A stretch of 37,502 bases of DNA from an uncultured bacterium (GTDB lineage Bacteria; Hydrogenedentota; Hydrogenedentia; Hydrogenedentales; JAEUWI01). The position numbers and the translations under genes were made by a program. The stretch's first letter is position 1. Every line of letters begins with the position of its first letter. A model generated the notes under the pieces. That model saw only the letters and a list, made by a program, of their open reading frames with translations. It made no database searches and was not told the DNA's origin. Below are positions 18,536-25,306 of this stretch, piece by piece. The stretch spans positions 1-37,502 of the forward strand of contig CAXBPH010000035.1 in assembly GCA_963977445.1 (NCBI GenBank), in the 5' to 3' direction.

Positions 18536-20692
18536 ATGGAGCGTTTTTGGCGCATTGGGAAACGGGTGGGCACATGCAGTGTGCTGGTATGGGCATTCGC
18601 TGGATTGGCATATGCCGCCCCGGTGGATATCGGTTCGCGGCTCGAACCCATGGTGGACGATTATCTCATTGAATCGCTGGATGGATTGGAGCAGCGGCTC
18701 CATCATCCCACGGCCCGCGAAGTGGCCATTGCCTTTGACGCGCCCTGGGAAGGCAACATCAGTTGCTACGTGACGGTGTTTCAGGATGACGACCGTAGTC
18801 GTATGTACTTCCGAGGCTCGAACTACAATGTAGAGGATGGTAGTTATTCAACGCAATACGTTTGCTACGCGGAAAGTACAGATGGACTCACCTGGACGCG
18901 CCCGGAGCTGGGCATAGTCGAATGGGAGGGTTCCAAAGCGAACAACATCATCTGGGAGGGTGTCGGCGTACATAATTTCTCGCCCTTCAAAGACACCAAC
19001 CCCGATTGTAAGCCCGAGGAGCGTTATAAGGCCCTCGCCAGCGGAGAGAAGGGCGGGCTGGTGGCCTTTACCTCACCCGACGCCATCCACTGGACACTGG
19101 TAAGTGAGACGCCGGTCATCACGAAGGGTGCCTTTGACTCCCAGAACCTCGCCTTCTACGACAATGTTCGTGGACACTATGTAGATTTTCACCGGGGCTT
19201 CAAGGACGGGGTGCGTGCCATCATGACCAGCACCTCCGAGGACTTCAGCACCTGGACCGATCCCCAGTGGCTGGACTATGGCGACACGCCCGACGATCAC
19301 CTCTACACCAACGCCACGGTGGCCTACCCCCGGGCTCCCCATATCTTCATGGCATTCCCCAAGCGTTTCGTGCCGGCCCGGAGTACCAACGTCCATCCCA
19401 TTCCGGGGGTCTCCGACGGCGTGTTCATGACCAGCCGTGATGGAGAAAACTGGAAGCGCTGGCGGGAGGCCTTTATACGTCCCGGTGCGCAGGACAGTCG
19501 CTGGGTCAATCGAAATAACATGACCGCGTGGGGGATGTTGACCACGCCGAGCAGTCTGCCCGATACGCCCGATGAGATATCCCTCTATTCCACCGAGGGT
19601 TACTACGTGGGCCCCTGTAACCTGCGACGCTACTCCATACGACAAGATGGATTTGTCTCCGTTCATGCGGGGGGAACGGTTGGTGAATTTACGACCAAAC
19701 CCCTGATATTTGCCGACGATCCGGAAGCCTCCATAGCGGTCGAGCATCCGAAGACCGTTCGCATAACGGAAGACGCCATCGACGGAGCCCGCTCCCTCCA
19801 ATTTGACCAGGCCAGCACCATTGCCCTGCCGGGCACCCAGACACTAGGCAAACAGGCGACCTTTGCCGCCCTGGTTCGCGATGTGCCCAAGGGCCACCGT
19901 CGCCTTTTTTCTGCCTACAACGGTGGGGCCGTGGGAACAACCCAGGGTGAGATGTGGTTTGACTTTGATTCCAGCGGCGAAGGCATGGGTATTCGCTTTG
20001 GCGGGGAAGGGGAACTCATCGAGGCCGACAAAGACAAACTCTATGACTGGAGCAATACGGGCGACGACGGGAAGGCCCACCTTCTTGTGGCCACGTGGGA
20101 CGACGGCGTGGTGAAATTGTATCTCGATGGTGCACTCGTAGGAAGCGGTGGAACACCGGGCCGGGGTGCACTCGATTTCGCCCACGGCGATGTCCTCCTC
20201 GGGGAGGATTATCCGCCCACGACCCTGGCCAACGAGCCCTTCCTGGGTGTGGTGGACAATATACTCATATTGCGCCGCGCCTTATCGCCCGAAGCGGTTG
20301 CAACCTTGTATACGGAAGGCGTGGATACGGTAACGGGTACGACCGAGGATCTTCGGGTAGATTTTGAAACCGTCGACGGAGGCGCTGTTGCCAATGGATT
20401 CGGCGGGGAGACGACGTTCTACCTGCCCGGAGGCGAGGGGCCTGCCGACACGGTGCTGTCCCTCAATTACGCAACCTCGGCGGCGGGTTACCTCCGCTGC
20501 GAAATTCTGGACGCCTCTGGGGTGCCGATTCCCGGATATACCCTCGACGACAGCGACGAAATCTTCGGCGACGACATAGCCCGCCCGATGACGTGGAAGG
20601 GCAAGGCCGAGTTGAATGCCCTCGTGGGGACACCGGTGCAATTGCGTTTCGTTATGTTTGATGCCGATTTGTATTCCCTGCGCTTTCAATAG
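18536..20692 (+). CDS. Secreted five-bladed beta-propeller glycoside-hydrolase-like protein with inserted LamG/ConA domain
   Basis: Signal peptide ending LAYA; Asp-boxes ESTDGLTW, TSPDAIHW, TSRDGENW; GAFDSQN; LamG motifs HLLVATWD..KLYLDG, FLGVVDNI. ATG 18536 is preferred over 18491. Confidence 0.72.
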   Translation: MERFWRIGKRVGTCSVLVWAFAGLAYAAPVDIGSRLEPMVDDYLIESLDGLEQRLHHPTAREVAIAFDAPWEGNISCYVTVFQDDDRSRMYFRGSNYNVEDGSYSTQYVCYAESTDGLTWTRPELGIVEWEGSKANNIIWEGVGVHNFSPFKDTNPDCKPEERYKALASGEKGGLVAFTSPDAIHWTLVSETPVITKGAFDSQNLAFYDNVRGHYVDFHRGFKDGVRAIMTSTSEDFSTWTDPQWLDYGDTPDDHLYTNATVAYPRAPHIFMAFPKRFVPARSTNVHPIPGVSDGVFMTSRDGENWKRWREAFIRPGAQDSRWVNRNNMTAWGMLTTPSSLPDTPDEISLYSTEGYYVGPCNLRRYSIRQDGFVSVHAGGTVGEFTTKPLIFADDPEASIAVEHPKTVRITEDAIDGARSLQFDQASTIALPGTQTLGKQATFAALVRDVPKGHRRLFSAYNGGAVGTTQGEMWFDFDSSGEGMGIRFGGEGELIEADKDKLYDWSNTGDDGKAHLLVATWDDGVVKLYLDGALVGSGGTPGRGALDFAHGDVLLGEDYPPTTLANEPFLGVVDNILILRRALSPEAVATLYTEGVDTVTGTTEDLRVDFETVDGGAVANGFGGETTFYLPGGEGPADTVLSLNYATSAAGYLRCEILDASGVPIPGYTLDDSDEIFGDDIARPMTWKGKAELNALVGTPVQLRFVMFDADLYSLRFQ

Positions 20693-20731
20693 GCGGTTTA
20701 CACCAACCCAGACAGCCCCTTAAATAAAAAT

Positions 20732-21139
20732 GGTTCATGGGCAATTAATGGGTGCCAACAACGACTCACTCCACCAACACAAACTCAACACATCAATCGT
20801 GCCGCGCGATCCGGTATTTCCGGTCGAAGATGCGCCGTAGGAGGATTCGTGCGCGGATTGGGAGATACGACTACGTCTCTACATCAAGGCCAAGGCCAAG
20901 CACAATGCTCTTTTTCCAATGAACTCTTGAAGACTTCCCACAACTACATAGATCCCAACGAGGTCCCACAGTCCCTTCGCACGAACTGGAGTACCAGATC
21001 GCGCGGCACGTCCATGGTTTGTCGTTTTATCTGCAAAAAGTTGCGTAACGATATGATTCGCAAGAACCCATCGAGTCATTCTTTTACCTCCGGCACTCGA
21101 AATGTCGAATAAATCATCCCCACTAATTGCCCATGAACC
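20732..21139. mobile_element. ~408-bp non-coding element with terminal inverted repeats (MITE/REPIN-like), containing hairpin copies c and d
   Basis: 20730-20752 and 21119-21141 are inverted repeats (22/23); internal inverted hairpin modules at 20799-20853 (+) and 20978-21009 (-); left half repeated at 37358-37502. Confidence 0.65.
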
Positions 21140-21148
21140 ATAATAGAC

Positions 21149-21180
21149 CGACCCGATCGACGTCATAGTCGATCGGGTCG
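21149..21180. terminator. Perfect 13-bp hairpin downstream of the minus-strand gene ending at 21211
   Basis: CGACCCGATCGAC-GTCATA-GTCGATCGGGTCG. Confidence 0.65.
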
Positions 21181-21210
21181 TATTGTTACACGCTGTGCTG
21201 CAGACGTGTG

Positions 21211-22527
21211 CTATGCGATGTAATTCAAGAGTGCGTCGGCCGCCTTGCCACGACTTCCATCGCTGCGGAGAAACGAGGCAATCTGGGTGATGCGGTTGCC
21301 ACCGGCCGCCCGCTCGTCGACGTCGCGATAGCCCAGATCGATCTCCTCAATGCCCACATCGGTCAGGCGGAGCAATTCACCCGCTTCGGTGATGCCGTTG
21401 CCGTTGTCCAGGAAGACGCGGAGGGATTCGAAGATGGCGTCATCGCGATTAATCACGCCGTCGCCGTTGTCATCAAAGGTGCGTAATTCTTCAAAGCCAT
21501 TGCGGGCACCATGCTGTTCCCCGAAGAGTTCCAGACCACTGTTGATGAGGCCATCCCCATTCCGATCCAGGGCGAGGAAGGCATCGCCGCCCTGAACAAA
21601 GGCCACCTGTTGGGCACGGCCACTGCCGGTGAGATCAAATTGGGCACCCCGCTGGTAGCTGCTCAGCTCGATGCCATCACTGTCGAGGTCGAGGACAATA
21701 GGGTCACCTTGTTGGACGACGCCCTGGGTCGTGGTAACGCTCGCGCTGAACGAAAAGGAGAATTCGAGTTGAATTCCAGCGGCCTGCAATGCCTGTTTGG
21801 CATCACCCGCGCCACTACTTCCCCCAAGACCCAGCGCGGGCAGCAGGTCGCCCGCCAGGGTGTCATAGACACCGGAAATGAACTCGTTGAAGGCCTCGTC
21901 CAGATGTGCGGCATTAAACTCGCCATCACCCCCACCAATCAGGGAGAAGAAGTCGCTTAACAGTTCATCGGTCTGCCCCAGCAGCTTGTCGGTAATTTTG
22001 AGCAGCGTATCGAGCAATTCATTCGACTGAGCGGCTCCATCTGCTGTATTCGCGAAACCATCCAATGCGGCACCGGATATGGAAATAGAAAGGGAAAAAC
22101 GCGTGGATATTTCTTGCCGCGCACCGTAAAAGGAGGCCTGCTGGTTCCCGTTGAGCTTCTCCGCCGTGGCATCGGTGCGCCGAGTGAAGAGGGCCAACTC
22201 TTCATAGCGCGATTCCTGGAAGAAATCAAAGCTTAACTGCGTGGCTTCCACGCCCGGACTGCTGCCACCCTGGCCCAAGGAGGCGCTCAAGGTGGATAGT
22301 TGAAAAGACAGGGCTTGTCGCGTTTCCAGGGAGCGGTACACGGCACCTTCAGACGCTTCCGTTTGGGCCAGTGACGTATTGGGATGGACAAGGGCGGCAG
22401 CATCCTGTTGCGGGTCAGGAGATTGCGTGAGGAGCGCCCGGGCCGCACCACCCCCTGGACGGTCGAAATTGGACCGGGTGGCGGGAGATAAGAGGCCCGT
22501 CAATGAAGTTATGGCAGGTGTACCCAT
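21211..22527 (-). CDS. Protein with C-terminal FrpC-like Ca2+-dependent self-processing module (Asp-Pro autocleavage)
   Basis: ATG 22527 after GGAGGAG (438 aa; ORF track starts at 22623); GD|PIVLDLDSDGIEL, DAFLALDRNGDGLINSGLELFG, NGFEELRTFDDNGDGVIN, LRVFLDNGNG..GEL..L..GI..IDL. Confidence 0.75.
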   Translation of the reverse strand: MGTPAITSLTGLLSPATRSNFDRPGGGAARALLTQSPDPQQDAAALVHPNTSLAQTEASEGAVYRSLETRQALSFQLSTLSASLGQGGSSPGVEATQLSFDFFQESRYEELALFTRRTDATAEKLNGNQQASFYGARQEISTRFSLSISISGAALDGFANTADGAAQSNELLDTLLKITDKLLGQTDELLSDFFSLIGGGDGEFNAAHLDEAFNEFISGVYDTLAGDLLPALGLGGSSGAGDAKQALQAAGIQLEFSFSFSASVTTTQGVVQQGDPIVLDLDSDGIELSSYQRGAQFDLTGSGRAQQVAFVQGGDAFLALDRNGDGLINSGLELFGEQHGARNGFEELRTFDDNGDGVINRDDAIFESLRVFLDNGNGITEAGELLRLTDVGIEEIDLGYRDVDERAAGGNRITQIASFLRSDGSRGKAADALLNYIA

Positions 22528-22580
22528 GGTATTTACACTCCTCCAACGTAGGGAGTTATCAGTAATCCGTCGCACAATCC

Positions 22581-22607
22581 TTATCGGCAAACCCATGGCT
22601 AGCTTGA
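22581..22607 (-). promoter_or_regulatory. Sigma28 (FliA/SigD)-type promoter
   Basis: Minus strand TCAA-N15-GCCGATAA; exact -10 consensus, 53 nt upstream of ATG 22527. Confidence 0.75.
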
Positions 22608-22660
22608 GTCCGAAGTGGCCCAACAGGGATCCGATATAATTGGGTACGGCCCCCGCCGCT

Positions 22661-22669
22661 TGCTATAAT
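22661..22669 (+). promoter_or_regulatory. Extended -10 element for lptFG
   Basis: TGCTATAAT 30 nt upstream of GTG 22700. Confidence 0.55.
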
Positions 22670-22699
22670 TACGCTTTGACCCCCGGAAAGACCCTGAAC

Positions 22700-23797
22700 G
22701 TGACCATCCTTACCCGTTACACCCTGAAGCAAATCTGGATTCCTGCAACTATTGCAGCGATTGTGATCAGTTTTGTCGTGATGCTGGGAAGCATCGGCCA
22801 GGAGTTGGGCACTCTCATGAAGGAATTACCCATCGCCCATATCACGGTGATGGACATTTCCCTGATTTCGATCTATACCCTGCCCACCCTGGCAGAATTT
22901 GTCTTTCCCATTACCTTTCTTCTTGGCATCATGCTGACCTTCGGGCGCATGGCTCAATTCAGCGAATTGACGGCGGCCAAGGCGGCCGGCATTCCCTTGC
23001 GCCGTATGGTGCTGCCCGTCGTGGTTGCTGGTGCCGGGGTCAGTGTGGCGTGTTTCGTGGTTATGGATCGAGTGGAACCCCTTGCGTACAAACGTCTTGT
23101 GACACTTCTGGGGAGTGATATGCCCCACCGCATTACTTTCGACGTGTTTCCCACCGGGGTCATGCATGAATTCGGCGATTGGCGGGTATACATCGAGCGG
23201 CGGGAAAAGGATCGCTCCCTCCACGATATTATTGTGTTGACCCGCGATGGCGACGAGGTGACGGCCTATTATGCGGAAACGGCCCGTCAATTCACGGAGC
23301 AGGGCGTTCCCCGCATTGAAATGGAGAATGTCCAGATAGTGGGGCCAGGTTGGACCAATTATACTGAGCGAATTACCAAGACGCTGCCCACTTTGGATTC
23401 CATCGCTTTCGAAGGAGAGCGGGAAGGAATGCCCCTCACCACGTTGCTTCGTGAAGAGAAAAAGACCCGCGTGGCCTACGCGGAGTCTGGCAATTTCAAC
23501 TCCCTGAAATCCTTGGTAGCTATCCGGCGTGAAATCGGCGATCGATTGTCCTTCCCACTGATGTGCCTCGCTGTCAGCATCGTGGCGGCTCCGGTAGGTG
23601 CCCGGGCAAAGCGCTCGGGGCGCTCCTATACTTTCGCCAGTGGGTTGGCCATCGTGGCCGCCTATTTTATTTTGCGTTCATCCATGCGCTACATCGTGCC
23701 ACCTACCTTGGGGAGCGCTATTTTTATAACCCAATTCCCCAATCTTGTGCTGGTCGTGGTGGGACTCATCCTCATATGGCGGGTTGACCGCGTATGA
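22700..23797 (+). CDS. lptF: LPS export ABC permease, LptF/LptG family (first gene)
   Basis: ILTRY start, FGRMAQFSELTAAKAAGIPL, 3+3 TM layout with a periplasmic beta domain; GTG 22700 preferred; ATGA overlap with the next gene. The F/G assignment is by gene order. Confidence 0.85.
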   Translation: MTILTRYTLKQIWIPATIAAIVISFVVMLGSIGQELGTLMKELPIAHITVMDISLISIYTLPTLAEFVFPITFLLGIMLTFGRMAQFSELTAAKAAGIPLRRMVLPVVVAGAGVSVACFVVMDRVEPLAYKRLVTLLGSDMPHRITFDVFPTGVMHEFGDWRVYIERREKDRSLHDIIVLTRDGDEVTAYYAETARQFTEQGVPRIEMENVQIVGPGWTNYTERITKTLPTLDSIAFEGEREGMPLTTLLREEKKTRVAYAESGNFNSLKSLVAIRREIGDRLSFPLMCLAVSIVAAPVGARAKRSGRSYTFASGLAIVAAYFILRSSMRYIVPPTLGSAIFITQFPNLVLVVVGLILIWRVDRV

Positions 23798-24930
23798 CCA
23801 TCATCGATCGATATATTGGCACGCGTATTCTGGCGACACTGCTGAAGATTGTCCTGGCGTTGATGTTGCTCTACGTGGTGGTCGATCTCATCACAACACG
23901 CCAGCGGGTCATCGACAAATACGATGTGCCGTGGTTTGCGGTGTTTCAGTACTACGTGAGTCATGTGCCCATCTACTTACTTAAGTTTCAGGCCCTGGGC
24001 CTTGCGTTGCTCATCGCGACCCTGTTTGTGTTGGGCCGCGCGGCTCAAGATTCCGAGATCACGGCCTTACTGGCCGGTGGGGTCAGTATGGTACGTATTG
24101 CCCGCACGCCTGTCCTCATTGGCCTGATGCTGACTATCGGCGTATTCATTTTCGAGAATACGGGTGGGGTCTGGAGTGCCCAATTGGCCAACCGCCTGGA
24201 CGAAGAGTATTTCAGCCGGGCAAAACCGTCGGAAAGTCAGGGCCATAGTTGGACACGACTGGGCCCCGATAAATGGACCTGTCATATCCTACGCTTCAAT
24301 CGCGAGGCCCTCACCGGAACAGACGTATTTATTCACGCTTTCGGCCCGGCCGGCATGCAGGAAATTCGTGCACGGAGGATCTATTGGGAGCCGGATACCG
24401 CGCAGTGGATGTTGGAAGACGGGCGTTGGGCTATTATTCGTCGGATACCTGGTGAAAACGTTGCGGGGGGTGATTCCCAGATAGCGGCCCCGCTCCAAAG
24501 CGTAAAAGACGAGCGCCGTATCACGCAGATAGCAGCGCCCTTCAGCGAGACGCCAGCCATGCTCTTTGCCCTGGACGATCCACCGGAAAACAAATCCGTC
24601 TCCGTACTCTACCAGGATATTCAACGTGCCGATGCCATGGGCCAACCGACGGGACGGGCCCGCGTGGCGTTTCATACAAAGTTTTCTCGGCCCGCCCTTT
24701 GTTTTATAATCGTCTGGCTGGCCATCCCCTTTGCGCTTCGCATGCGTCGCGGGGGCATATTTTTGAGCTTTGGTGTAAGTATCGCTCTGGGGCTCGCCTA
24801 TGTTACGCTATACGCCATCGCCACGGGACTGGGAAACATTAATCTGGTGCCCCCGGTGGTGGCCGCGTGGTTCGCCAATAGCCTGTTTATGGCGGGCGGA
24901 CTGATCTTTTTTGGGCGAATGCGCACGTAA
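23794..24930 (+). CDS. lptG: LPS export ABC permease, LptF/LptG family (second gene)
   Basis: IIDRYI start, SEITALLAGGVS, AIPFA, PPVVAAWFAN; translationally coupled to the previous gene. Confidence 0.87.
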   Translation: MTIIDRYIGTRILATLLKIVLALMLLYVVVDLITTRQRVIDKYDVPWFAVFQYYVSHVPIYLLKFQALGLALLIATLFVLGRAAQDSEITALLAGGVSMVRIARTPVLIGLMLTIGVFIFENTGGVWSAQLANRLDEEYFSRAKPSESQGHSWTRLGPDKWTCHILRFNREALTGTDVFIHAFGPAGMQEIRARRIYWEPDTAQWMLEDGRWAIIRRIPGENVAGGDSQIAAPLQSVKDERRITQIAAPFSETPAMLFALDDPPENKSVSVLYQDIQRADAMGQPTGRARVAFHTKFSRPALCFIIVWLAIPFALRMRRGGIFLSFGVSIALGLAYVTLYAIATGLGNINLVPPVVAAWFANSLFMAGGLIFFGRMRT

Positions 24931-24964
24931 TTGGGCAAAAATCGGCCCGATAGTGCTAAAAACA

Positions 24965-25011
24965 ATACAATATGGCGTGGAGCTAGCTTGACAGGCCACA
25001 AGATGTGGTCT
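24965..25011 (+). promoter_or_regulatory. Candidate tandem NrdR boxes
   Basis: ATACAATATGGCGTGG(24965-80) and CCACAAGATGTGGTCT(24996-25011), 31 bp apart, both resembling acaCwAtATaTwGtg. Confidence 0.45.
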
Positions 25012-25016
25012 AAACT
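24988..25016 (+). promoter_or_regulatory. Sigma70 promoter upstream of the lytic transglycosylase
   Basis: TTGACA(24988-93), 17 nt, TAAACT(25011-16). Confidence 0.7.
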
Positions 25017-25306
25017 AGCAAAAAAATTACCGCACCCCGTTGGTCCGACTTACTTAGGTCGGGGGGGCGGTGGGTATCTCGTTCTTAATACCTTTCGATA
25101 GTGGACGACGATGAAGCAGATGGTGCTGAGGAAGCGGCTCGTGACAGTGTCACCCTGTGATCCCAGCCATCTACACCTCAACGATACACCGGAGACGGAT
25201 TGTTGTTACGTCACCAGACGTGGAAAGCACGTTCTGACGACAAAAGAGTTCCTCAGACAGTTCACGGTAGTATCTCAAATGAAAACCAAGGAGCATCAAC
25301 GTATCA

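Noticed and set aside
20849..21166. ORFs 20849..21112(+) and 20879..21166(-) inside the inverted-repeat element as a possible transposase
   Set aside because: No HUH, DDE or recombinase motifs, and they run through the hairpin modules.
21149..21180. CGACCCGATCGAC hairpin as a sixth member of the GTGC family
   Set aside because: It lacks the GTGC foot and the T.T mismatch; its position fits an ordinary terminator.
25022..25306. c-di-AMP or c-di-GMP riboswitch, SRP RNA or RNase P RNA in the mltD leader
   Set aside because: Only short fragments (GAGGAAG, AGGAAGCGGC) resemble them; the diagnostic cores are absent.
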